A stretch of DNA of 63,684 nt, the filler included, from Octopus bimaculoides (lineage: Eukaryota): the NCBI RefSeq assembly GCF_001194135.2. It is 7 parts of 7 records of this genome, joined end to end, with 100 filler letters (N's around TTAATTAATTAA, not from the genome) between each part and the next. Parts side by side here need not be neighbours in the genome. Positions count along the whole stretch, not along the records: positions 37,177 to 45,540 come from NC_068983.1; positions 45,641 to 53,758 come from NC_068984.1; 5 more parts are not named here. The stretch is one strand, 5' to 3'. The translations under genes were made by a program, and so were the position numbers. A model generated the notes under the pieces. It was not told the origin of the DNA. It worked only from the letters and a program-made list of their open reading frames with translations, and searched no databases. Positions 37,453-49,435 of this stretch are shown here, in pieces. How positions within the stretch are numbered: position 1 is the first letter of the stretch; each line of letters opens with the position of its first letter.

Positions 37453-39049
37453 CCTATGTATCTATCTACCTATCTACCTATCTACCTATCTATCTATCTA
37501 TCTATCTATACATCTATCTATCTATTCATCTATCTATCAATCTATCTATCTTTCTATTTATTTATCTATCTATCTAGCTAGCTAGCTAGCTATCGTCCCC
37601 CCCCCCCCNNNNNNNNNNNNNNNNNNNNNNNNNNNCCCACTGAGAATAGGATGCACAAATGATGCCGAAGTAAATAGCATTTTCCTTCGAAACATATGTC
37701 TTTTGAAACATCACCACTGAAAAATGTTTCACACTAATTGCAAATTCGTTAGGCTTTATCATTAGTATCCCTAAAGACAACTACTATACATACTATCCAA
37801 ATATAATTTACTATGTTTCATTCGACTGAAAAATTCCACTAAGAAAAAGAGAATGCGCGCACAATTTCTTTTAATGATACGCAAGACTGTGCGTGATACT
37901 TATTTCTAAGCCCTATCGAGTTCCAGTATGTGCTTCCTTTTTGCTGTTGTTGAGTCTATTTGTCGTTTCTTTTCGTAACGGCCATCTTTGTTGAAGTTTG
38001 CGAAACTGTCCGTTTCTCGATTAAATCATAATTTCAGAGGTCTTGTTCTTGCTTGTATTTCGGTTGGTATTTCAATCTTCCAAACTACATTTCTTTTGAT
38101 CATGACTCAATAATGCATTGTTATTATATATCTGTGTTCGTGATTTGTGAGTTTATGCCTGATGTTTCTCAGCGAGTGAACAACTTGTCTGTAAGTTATA
38201 TTTTAAAGACATTTTTACCTTATATGATTTTTTTTTTTTTGATTGATTGAATTGTTTTCCTCAAATTCTAATAACGGCATTGTTTCATTACATCTGTTAG
38301 CTATGTAAAACATTAGTTTCTCAGTTAGGTTTTAAATTACTTTTCTTATTTTTGAAGTTGTGTTTTATTTAGATATGTAGATATAGCTATTACACGTATC
38401 TTTCTTCTACGTTTTACACCCGATAGTTTATTTTTACAATAACATCATTTCCTGAATGGTTTCTATTTTCTCCAGTTTTCAATCAGATTATAGTGCAATG
38501 AAATTTTCATGCCATATTTCTAAATGATTTACGCTTTCGACAATGTCGGGGAATATTTTACTGTTTGTTAATATTTCACATTTTTTTTTTAATATTTTAT
38601 TTACACATAAATGAGTTACAAATACTTAATACAACTAAATTTCTCAACAAAAGAAAATAGTTCTGTTTTTTTTTACAAGTTGCAGTTGGTACAACGTAGT
38701 CATTCAGTGGCATGGAATTGCAAATCTATAGGCAAAAATATACTATCAAATATTGGCACAAGAAACCAGCAAGCAACAACTTTCATGATGCTGTAAAGAC
38801 TCTAAAGTGAACCTCCTTATAGGGGTTCATTCTACAAAGTGGAAAGTGTTTATCATCACGGGCTTCATCGACTACGGCATGAGAAATATATGTTGCTATA
38901 GATTATTGAGGATGTCATCTTATGCTTTGGAGTTTTGTATAGAAGTTTTGTATACAATATTTAATTTGAATCTGATGATGGAACTTCCTTTCCTGAGAAA
39001 GTGACACATTCTTCACAGAAAATTTAAAATACATTTTTATATATCCATG

Positions 39050-39227
39050 GTTCAGTTCTCCATATTTAATTAATAAAACATTGGTTCGTTATTTACATTA
39101 TTTACATTTGACAGATATTTGTCCTCATCTTGTTTATTGTTAGCACAACGTTTCGGTTGATATACCGTCTGGCTTTCATCAGGTGTCTTGGAGAAATTTC
39201 TCATTCCTAAGGTATTTTTCGATGTTG

Positions 39228-39261
<34 letters not shown>

Positions 39262-39335
39262 GGTCACTCCCTGGAATCGAACTCGGAATCTTGTGGGTTA
39301 GTAGCCGGCGCTCTTAACCATTACGCCATATGCCC
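39050..39335 (-). mobile_element. Short non-autonomous element: tRNA-Ser(ACT)-like head + (TAA)n + PLE terminal repeat with degenerate hammerhead (39143-39186)
   Basis: Head GGGCATATGGCGTAATGGTTAAGAGCGCCGGCTACTAACC...GAGTTCGATTCC (A and B boxes, 39262-39335). Body CATCGAAAAATACCTTAGGAATGAG...ACACCTGATGA...GAAACGTTGTG matches 41930-42070 and 44120-44290. Confidence 0.75.
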
Positions 39336-41390
39336 GTGGGCATATAGAACTGTAAAACATTGATTGATCGCCTCTATATCAAGAAACTATCCTTTTCTAG
39401 CAATTTATGATATGATAATATGCGCCAAATATTTTAGATATACGTATATTCTGGTTATAGGAGTTTCATATTACGAAGAAGATAAATATCAATATTTTTC
39501 ATCAAGCTACTTTAGAATAAAATATTGCTATCTGCTTGGCAAGGAATACAGAGTTTTTGAATTGTTTTCAATAAGATATATCTTGATAGTAATAAATACA
39601 TTATGAAGCCGAATTAGTGCTCCTTGTGATTTACAGGAAATATTGTTGCTACTTTGCTTTCTTACAGAATTGAAGCACATGCGCGGCAAGATAATATGGC
39701 ATGCCGATTTACAATTAATGAATTCCTACTTGTTTTGTTGTTGTCTGGCAAATCGTTTCGTTTAAGTTTGTGCAGTTGTTTTCCTTTAGTCGACAATGAG
39801 ATGCATGGATTTCGTTACCTCTGAGAAATGCTTGCGTGGTAAATAATCTCAATGTCACCAATCCGACTACAAAACGAATCAGAATACGTGAGAGGCAATT
39901 GGCTAAGAATAAAGTAACTGTTGGGACATAAAAATGTATGTGGCTACAGTATACATCATTCTATTGAGTAAACAGAAAGACGTAACAACTACACAGTTGT
40001 AATTGTAACGATAAAAATTAATTAAAAAATATAAACAAGAATCTTTGATATGGTTTGAATCGTGATAAATAATTAATTTGGCGGATAGGATTGATTCAAT
40101 GCCAAGTCTTATTTAATTTCAGTAATAAATTGCCAAAGAGTAATAACATTTTCGTCAATCCGATATCAGTCTGGGAATAGACCAAATGTTGATTGGAAGA
40201 AAAGTTTTCAAACTCACACACTCTATATTCGGCAAGCAATAAATCCGCATTACAATGATAAGAAATATTTCAACGTTGTCTGTTTTCATTTGGTGAGTAC
40301 AGCTAAAATACTACTTTCCATTTCTAGTCCTTTACTGATTATTATAAACGTGATCAGTGGCCACGTCTATATAAAGGATGATAAATGATTTAGTACAACA
40401 TATACTTCTGGTACAAACGTTCAATCTGATAACACTGTCTCTCTATATGCATATCTTCATCTTCGGACCAGTTTATTTACAAACACAATCACAATCATTT
40501 TACGCGGGACTCGACCCGCATAGCTATAGCAGCTATCATCATCAAACAAAAACGTATTGTCGTAAAAACAAATGGAAGAAAGAATGAGAAATGTGTTGCA
40601 CATATATCTTTCAATAGAGTTAAAGATAGCAAGTCTTGTCTAGTGCTAAACAATACTAGTAGTAAATAAAAAGTCATAAATTAAACGCCTAAGTCGTACG
40701 TATATAATCTCAGTATGTACAGAAACGCAGAAGCTGCAAGAAATCAAATCAAACTCCCACAGGAATCATATTCTACTGTCTTAAAAATATGAAAATCACA
40801 TCCACTTTGTGGGTTTGTCGTGATACAGATATGGCTGAAAATATTTGGCATCAACAAAGGTTGCATTCTCTGGAGTGTGAATCTAACATGAGCTTCAGTT
40901 CATCTCTCTGTCCAGCGTGTTCTATGTCAGTGTAATGTTGTACACAGATTTCTGTTCAAGAAGTCTAAGGGCTTTTGCACTTTCAAGCTTTACGTATATG
41001 AGAGACAATTAGAAAAGAGTCCATTGTTGAATCCGACATAAAATGTAAAAGAAGTAATTAAGAAATTCGTTTGAATAAGTATGACTTCTGCATGGATTTA
41101 AAAACTGTATCAAGGACTTCTAAGATAAAAATTAATATAGGAATATGTGTGGTTGGAAGAAATCTAAGACATTTAGTGTTCCTCAATTATCCCACGAGCA
41201 TAATGTATCTATGATGTTATATTTAACACTGCAATAGAAAAATATCCAGAATATGAAAATAGGAAAGCTCCACGAATTAATTTTAATTATTGGTATTAAC
41301 AAAAACACTGACCTAGTATTGTAGTTATTGTTCTATATTTTAGAGATGAAGAATTCTGTATATTGTTTACATTATTTACATTAGACGGAT

Positions 41391-41580
41391 ATGTGTCCTC
41401 ATTCTGTTTTTTGTTACCACAACGTTTCGGCTGATTTACTCTCCAGCTTTCATTAGATGTCATGTTAGAATTTTGAACACAACCCTAGGTTGGGTTCAGA
41501 ATTCCATTAGGATACTTGATGAAGGTTGGAGAGTAAATCAGCCGAAACGTTGTGGAAATAAACAAGATGAGGACACACAT
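41391..41580. repeat. Nearly spacerless palindrome of two degenerate PLE/HHR terminal segments
   Basis: ATGTGTCCTC...CACAACGTTTCGGCTGATTTACTCTCCA pairs with TGGAGAGTAAATCAGCCGAAACGTTGTGG...GAGGACAC; centre CCTAGG at 41484-41489. Confidence 0.85.
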
Positions 41581-41929
41581 TTTCTTTGTTTACCTATTAC
41601 AGTTCTAGATAAAGCAAGACCTTGAAACTTAATTATATACACATATATTTTATTGTTGTATGTTATAATAGCGAAAGAGTCTCTTAGACATAAACGAGCT
41701 TGGATTTGTATTGTATTTTTTATGATATATAGAAATATATTTCAATAGCTGTAGATTACACTTAATCATGTTTTGTGTTTTTTTAATTGTAACTGATATG
41801 TAATTGAATATTTAACGCTCACGCTCATAATACATAGGCATTTGAATTATTATTATTTATTTTAAAATCCAGCCGTTTTTTCACACGGAATTTCGTCTCT
41901 CTTTAAACTCTATAAGGGAATTAATTTAT

Positions 41930-43085
41930 TTACATTATTTACATTTGACGGATATTAGTCCTCATCCTGTTTGTTGTTAACACAACGTTTCGGCTGATAT
42001 ACCCTCCAGCCTTCATCAGGTAAATTGGGAAAATTTCGAACCTGGGTTCTCATTCCTAAGGTATTTTTCGATGTTAATATTATTATGTTGTTTTTTTTCT
42101 TCTTTCTTCACATTTTCTTCCATTTCTCGCCGAGTGTTTTCCGTACACCTAGGTCAGAGAAACTCGTTGTATGCATTCCCAGTTTACACACGCAAATTCA
42201 CAGGTAAAACATGTATTTAAGAAAAAAAAATTCATGAATGGATGTTGTTTTCACATCGATGATGCTCTTTATTATTAAACAGGTGACTGCCTGGATTCGA
42301 ACTCAGAATCTTGGGGTTAATAGCCTGTGCTCTTAACCACTATGCCAGATGCCCGTAGGCACTTCTTGTTTGAATTTTAGGGCTTATAAATCGTATTTTT
42401 CCCTATCCAACCTTAATACCGGTTCCCATATGTTATTCATATCTTCACTTGGTCTGCTTAGGAGGCTGTTGTGTCCTAGCCTATGTGCTGCTTCTTTCAG
42501 TTTTCGTATTTTCCAGTGGTGTTCTCTGTCTATCATTTTAGCTTCATCCCACAGGGGGGAGGTGGTCTCCGTTTTTCCATACATGATCAGCTGTACCCGA
42601 TTTATCCATATCTCCTTGTTTCAAAGCTTTGTAATGTTCATCCACTGTTATTTTAAGGGGGCGACATGTTTCGCCTTTGTGTAACATACCACAGCTGCAC
42701 GGGATGGAGTACACGCAGGTCTTAGTCATATTCTCTTCTATAGGTGGTTTTACTCGAAGAAGATATTTGCGAAGTGTTGTATTACTCTTGAATACTGTCC
42801 TGGTGTCATATGGGCCGCATATCTTTTGTATTTTCCGGACAGGCCTTTCACATAGGATAGACAGACTATGGACAGTTTATTGGTTTCATCCTCTCTTTTC
42901 TTCATAACTGGAGTGGATATTATGTTTTGAGGTAGTTGTTGCTTAATACATTGTTACTAAGCTTGATCATTTCTTCGTGGTGGGTATCACGATCGCTACA
43001 TATATTCTTTACTCGATGTTTTAAGCACTGAGCAATCCCTCTCTTTACGCTCTATGGATGGTGGGAATTAAAGTTGAGGTATCGT
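41930..43085 (-). mobile_element. Penelope-like element 3' part: RT C-terminus, GIY-YIG endonuclease (frameshifted), tRNA-like segment and HHR terminal repeat
   Basis: RYLNFNSHHP; CVYSIPCSCGMLHKGETCRPLKITVDEH; LWDEAKMIDREHHWKIRKLKEAAH. tRNA-like at 42282-42354, HHR at 41980-42023. Confidence 0.88.
41980..42023 (-). ncRNA. Minimal type I hammerhead motif in a PLE terminal repeat
   Basis: TTAC-CTGATGA-A-GGCTG-GAGGGTATAT-CAGCC-GAAAC-GTT-GTGT. Intact core, perfect 5-bp stem II, palindromic AACGTT in place of stem III; stem I only partly paired. Confidence 0.65.
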
Positions 43086-43121
43086 ACAGTAATAATAATA
43101 ATCATAATAATCATCATCATC

Positions 43122-43160
<39 letters not shown>

Positions 43161-43198
43161 CCCAAGGCACACAGAGCTGCGCTCGGTAGGGAAGTGTT

Positions 43199-43347
43199 GC
43201 TGGGGCTACTTGCTGGAGCCTAGCAGCGGGACGTTTAGACAGTGTCATGTGACAACTTGCTGGTGCTGCCTACTGGACCCTAGCAGCGGGAAATTTAGGC
43301 AGTGTCACGTGACAACTAGCTGGGGCTGCCTGCTGGAGCCTAGCAGC
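43199..43347 (+). repeat. 60-bp GC-rich tandem repeat, about 2.5 copies
   Basis: Unit GCTGGGGCT.C.TGCTGGAGCCTAGCAGCGGGA..TTTAG.CAGTGTCA.GTGACAACT starts at 43199, 43259 and 43319. Confidence 0.9.
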
Positions 43348-43991
43348 AGATATAAAAAGGGGAACTTGACATGACGATCAGTCGGACGCTAACACTCGTT
43401 GATGCTGCATCGAAGAGGCCAGGGAATAGAAGAAAGAAGACATGCACCCAACACCAGAGCTGAAGACNNNNNNNNNNNNNNNNNNNNNNNNNNNNNNNNN
43501 NNNNNNNNNNNNNNNNNNNNNNNNNNNNNNNNNNNNNNNNNNNNNNNNNNNNNNNNNNNNNNNNNNNNNNNNNNNNNNNNNNNNNNNNNNNNNNNNNNNN
43601 NNNNNNNNNNNNNNNNNNNNNNNNNNNNNNNNNNNNNNNNNNNNNNNNNNNNNNNNNNNNNNNNNNNNNNNNNNNNNNNNNNNNNNNNNNNNNNNNNNNN
43701 NNNNNNNNNNNNNNNNNNNNNNNNNNNNNNNNNNNNNNNNNNNNNNNNNNNNNNNNNNNNNNNNNNNNNNNNNNNNNNNNNNNNNNNNNNNNNNNNNNNN
43801 NNNNNNNNNNNNNNNNNNNNNNNNNNNNNNNNNNNNNNNNNNNNNNNNNNNNNNNNNNNNNNNNNNNNNNNNNNNNNNNNNNNNNNNNNNNNNNNNAAAC
43901 CGGACGTGGTTCCTCCTGATGATGTCTTGAGCTAACTGGATCCTATAAAGGAGCTGTTGTGGTAGCAGACCACGAGACATGGTTGAAATTC

Positions 43992-44068
<77 letters not shown>

Positions 44069-44119
44069 AAGAAGAAGAAGAAGAAGACCACCACCACCAC
44101 CAACAACAACAACAACTAC

Positions 44120-44290
44120 AACATTCCTCAGGAATGAGAACCCAGGTTCAAAATTTCCCCAATACACCTGATGAAGGCTGAAGGGTATATCAGACGAAAC
44201 GTTGTGTTAATAATAAGCAAGATGACAATTATCCGTCAGATGTAAATAATGTACAAAATTTCTCATCTCTTAAATATAGAATTGTATAAG
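44120..44290 (+). mobile_element. PLE terminal repeat, inverted relative to 41930-43085
   Basis: CCTCAGGAATGAGAACCCAGGTTCAAAATTTCCCCAATACACCTGATGA...ATCCGTCAGATGTAAATAATGT matches the reverse complement of 41935-42060. Confidence 0.85.
44164..44207 (+). ncRNA. Minimal type I hammerhead motif, same family
   Basis: ACAC-CTGATGA-A-GGCTG-AAGGGTATAT-CAGAC-GAAAC-GTT-GTGT. Stem I ACAC/GTGT perfect; one mismatch in stem II. Confidence 0.6.
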
Positions 44291-45640
44291 GGAATTGTTT
44301 ATATATGAAAAAAATGTATATAAATCGAAACAAATTGTTGGCATTTTGATGTCCAATCGGTGGTCTTCAACAGTGTGACGAATTAAGATTACCTCTGTGA
44401 AAATTGAACTGATTTGAATTCTACCGGATTGCTTTAAAGTAAATTTTGCTCACATGTATTTACTCGACCAAGGCTATTGTATACGTCACTCACTCAAGTT
44501 CCCTATCAGGAATATATAACAATAAACCAGGTCAGTCAAATGCAGAAGTTAATGCACTAACATTTCGACTACATAATACTACTCTTGACAAACTGGAATG
44601 TCAAGTTTTAATCTTTGAAATATATATTTTGATGTGCATGGGAAGGAGCACAATTTAATCTGGTGACTCAAATACTAAACAAAAAGAACGTGCATCTATT
44701 TATTCATCATTCGTACATCTTTTATACACAAACGTAAAGCAGAAATTATAAACATGAATTTCATAATTTACTACAGACAAAATGGTAATAGCAAAATTTT
44801 ACCAACACAAAACCATTTTTTTAACATGTGGTATAGGAATATGTTTGTTGCTAAAACGCCATATTTAAAAACATAATTTGGATCACAATGGTTATTACTT
44901 GTCAGTTTATCGGCAATCTGTTGCGTATCTGATAGCCTACTGATAATGGGATCATATTGCTTATTGTATAAGTGTAATTACCATATTTTCATAGCTACAG
45001 ATATTGATAACCTTCCGAACTATCATAAACGTAATAGGAAAACTGAATATGATAGGAAATTAATATAAACTCTAATTTTATTCTTACATATATAGGAGAG
45101 AGTGAGTGTGTACCCTAGTATACATACATACCTTTTATTATTTTATTCCTTTAATTGTTTTAGTCATTTGACTGCGCCTCTATTGGTGCACCACCTTAAA
45201 GAGTTTTAGTGGAAGAAATCGATCCTAGGATTTATTTTCTGTAAGCCTAGTACTAATTGTATTGGTCTCTTTTGCCGAACCACTTAGTTACGGGGACATA
45301 AACACGACGACATCATTTGTCAAGCGTTGGCGGGAAGACAAACACAGGCAGGAAGACAAACACAGGCAGGAAGACACACACATAGATATGCGGTGGGTTT
45401 CTTTCAGTTTCCGTCCACCAAATCCATTCAACGCTTTGGTCGGCCCGAAGCTATAGCATAGGATACGTGTTCAAGTTGGCATGCAGTGGGACTGAAGCCG
45501 GAACTCTGTGGTTGGGAAGCAAGCTTCTTACCATACAGCTNNNNNNNNNNNNNNNNNNNNNNNNNNNNNNNNNNNNNNNNNNNNTTAATTAATTAANNNN
45601 NNNNNNNNNNNNNNNNNNNNNNNNNNNNNNNNNNNNNNNN

Positions 45641-45676
<36 letters not shown>

Positions 45677-48600
45677 CATACATATATATTTATATGCATA
45701 CACATACATACATATACATGCATATCTATGTACCTATATGTCTATCTATCTAGCTATCTCCCTCCCCTCTCGCTCTCTCTCTCTCTCTCTCTAAATATAT
45801 ACATATGCTCACGTATACATACATATATGTACATATACATGCACATACACACATACACAAGAACAATAGCTAACCGCGATGAAACGCAAAAAATAAATTT
45901 TTACTACACATTATCAAAGACCCGTTGGCAGTATATGTCTACTCTATTGAATGCGCAGCTTAACAATATGTTATATCCGACCATGATTGCAGTAGCTGGG
46001 TGTGTATGAGATTGGTGTATGAAAGCAATATAATTAACTATAAAAACATTCTCAACAATACTATCCTGATGACAGCAATACATTAATATCAGCACCTGAG
46101 CGACTATAAAAAGGTTCAGGTAAATTGCAACATTTTGCTAAGATGATAAAATAGAGAAATTAAAAGAAATTAAAGATAATTATTATATTACTACGACGAT
46201 TAGTGCTACCGATAAGAATAATAATGATTTCTAACATAGATAGAAGAGGATAAACCCTGATAGAAAATACATTTGATAATATATTCGACTTTAGTATACA
46301 GCCTGTGTATATTTTAACTATGAGTAGGGGGCGATCTGACAGAATCGTTAGCACGCTTTGCAAAATTCTTAGCGACACTTCGCCCGTCATTACGTTGTGA
46401 TTTCAAATTTCACGGTGATCGACTTTGATTTTCGTCCTTTCTGTGTCGATGAAATAAATACCAGTTGAGTACTGAGAGATTGATGTAATCGACTTACTCC
46501 TCCTTTGAAATTGCTGGCCCTATGCCAAAATTTAACATCATTATTTTAACCATGCGAGGGCGACGATCTGGCAGAATCGTTAGCAGACCAGGCGAAATGC
46601 TTAGCGGTATTTCGTCTGCCGTTACGTTCTGAGTTCAAATTCCGCCGAAGTCGACTTCGCCTTTCATCCTTTCGGGGTCGATAAATTAAGTACCAGTTGA
46701 GTACTGGAGTCGATGTAATCGACTTAATCCCTTTGTCTGTCCTTGTTTGTCCCCTCTATGTTTAGCCCCTTGTGGGCAATAAACAAATAAGAATCGTTAA
46801 CCCGTCGGACAAAATGTCAAGCAGCGTTTTATCCGTTTTTATGTTCTGAGCCCTGGCTTTGGGTAAAAGAAAATGCAGGTGGATCAGTTAATTATGATTT
46901 CATTCAACATATTCCTCTCTCAGATTCAGACACTTATTGCAGCGATCCTTCAGTTTTTCTAAAACCTGCGAAAGAACTCGGAAGTTTGGGCCTCTAACCA
47001 GGCCTCTCATGATACCTTTAAAGCCAGGAACTTTTCAGCACCACCGTGTTGTAAGGTACTCTTGCATTTCTGCTACCCACCCCACCTCTCTTATTGTTTA
47101 TAAATTAGTTACAATGCTGGAAATTTGGGGTGAACCATTTAGTCGATACCATCAACCTCCAGGTCCTGACTGACACTTTATTTCAAATTTCTTTGCCTTA
47201 TTTCACTGTTGAGGCTAAAAGTATTGAACATTGATTATTTCTGCTTTCTTTGCTAACTCTTGAGATCTATTTTAAATTTAATATTGTAGACACTCTTACC
47301 TCATTTTTGGTCAAGACATCCCAGCACATAAACAGCCAAACGAAGGTCAATACAACGCTGTTAGTGTTCCATTACCCAAGCCAATTTTCTATGTCAGTAA
47401 TTTCCGGTAATGGTTACTGCAGAATAAGGAATGACAACTTAGTCGAACGCGAAAGTTGTAGTTCAAGTGATGGTGTGCATATCTGTGAGAGATAACGAAG
47501 TTATTCACGATGTGGCTTGGAATTTGATTAATAAAAGGGCGATACATGTGTCTAGAATATATTCTGCATCTCTGGAAACAAATAAACCGTTATGCAACGT
47601 AATTGTTTACAATCTTAATATACGACTGGAGTTTATAAATATTTTGGCCACCAATAAAAAACAGGCTCAAATAATCATTAACCATTAGAGGAATATATTT
47701 ATTTTAAAACTATTTATCTATCCCAAGTCGAGACAACTAACATTCAAGTACAATATCCGGAGAGAAAATAACCCCGATAGTGAAGTGATTTTGGATTCCA
47801 ATGGAATAGTTAATTTATGATCAAAACAGAAATCAAACTGAAAAATAGAATTCATAAAAAAAAACGGAAACTACAATCAATGAAAACAAACTCTGGAAAC
47901 AAAGATCACGAAGATAAACGTAAAGCAAGAGAAGAAGCAAAATAATAGAATACGAGAAATCAAAGATCAGCATATTTACAAAATATCGACGAACAAAGAC
48001 CGAACTCAAACTGTACGAATGAAAATAAGTACACAAGTGAATAAGAGAAAGATTTAAAAGTAGACAGCTATAAAGCTAAAAAAAATTGAATATGACAATA
48101 ATCTAAAAGTGGAAAAATTCAAAGATTTAAAATCGATACATCTACTTATGGACGAACGAAATACCCCCATCCTAAACTTATTGATGAGACAGAACAACAA
48201 TAAAAACACTAACTAGGCCATCATAAATATATTGGAAACAGATGCAAACTTCAATATCACCAGGATAAATAATCTAATATCATATATCATATACGAACAT
48301 CTAAATCTAACGAAACAACATAGAAAACAAACTTGCAAAAGAAGAAAATAAAGAAAAAGTACCTCAATGCTTAATGAGATCGACAAGAAAAAGGCATAAA
48401 TTGTAAAAGAAAAAAAATATATGAATAAATACAACAGATACAAAGATAGGGCATGAGAGAAAAACGATGGAACCAGAATCAAACAGAACCGAAAAGAATC
48501 TGAGTTTGAAAAGTGACATTTAAAAAAAAAATAACAAAAAAAAAAACAAGCAGTTTATCTCCAACTCTTGACGATTTTAACAGGAGCTAGGTAAAAACAA

Positions 48601-49310
48601 ATCAAAAATTAACGCAGCATAAACAATCAAAAAGCATAGATTTTGTCGGAAGAGGAACAGAGAAAGCGGATCGTTTGCCATGAAAGAGAGTGTTAAAAAT
48701 AACAACAAGCAACAGCAGACCACTCATAAAAAGACGTTAGAAACACAGCCCAGAAAGTAAAGAATCCAAACAAGTTGAAAACTCCCCTGCAAACAAGATG
48801 GGCCCTAGCAGAAATATCTAACCGGTAGCCATCGGTTGACGATATAGAAATAATACTTGAATGGCTAACCAAGTCCTTGAAATCAAATCCCTGAAATTAC
48901 AAGCGTTTACTTTTCCAAAGAGTACACAACCGTAACAGTGATATTACCAGTAACGTCACGTGAACAAAAACAACATTCTGCTAAACGAAGAGACAATGTA
49001 GAAACATATTGATGTGAAAAATCAACAAAATAATAACTAAATAGTACAGTTTGAATGTTTATTGTTGCTGTTACTTAGGCTGCGAACTGGCAGAATTATT
49101 AGAGCGTCGAAAAAAGGCGCTTTGTAGTATTTCTTCTGACATATTACATTCTGAGTTAAAACTCCGCCAAGATCAGCTTTGCCTTTCATCTTTTCAGGAT
49201 TGATAAAATAAATATAAGCGCTGAAGTCGATGTAATCGATTGCACCCCCCACTCGCCTGAGTATTACTACTCTTATTACCAAACTTGAAAAGAATTGTTG
49301 CTGCTACTTT

Positions 49311-49356
<46 letters not shown>

Positions 49357-49390
49357 NNNNNNNNNNNNNNNNNNNNNNNNNNNNNNNNNN

Positions 49391-49435
<45 letters not shown>

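Noticed and set aside
38968-39010. GAAT-CTGATGA-T-GGAA..TTCC-T-GAGAAAG hammerhead-like string
   Set aside because: GAAA core altered and no UH cleavage triplet; only a weak 4-bp stem I, so chance or a dead relic cannot be distinguished.
47760-48560. A-rich, Lys/Glu-rich stretch suggestive of an L1/Tx1-like ORF2 remnant
   Set aside because: No endonuclease or RT motif could be recovered by eye; not supportable.
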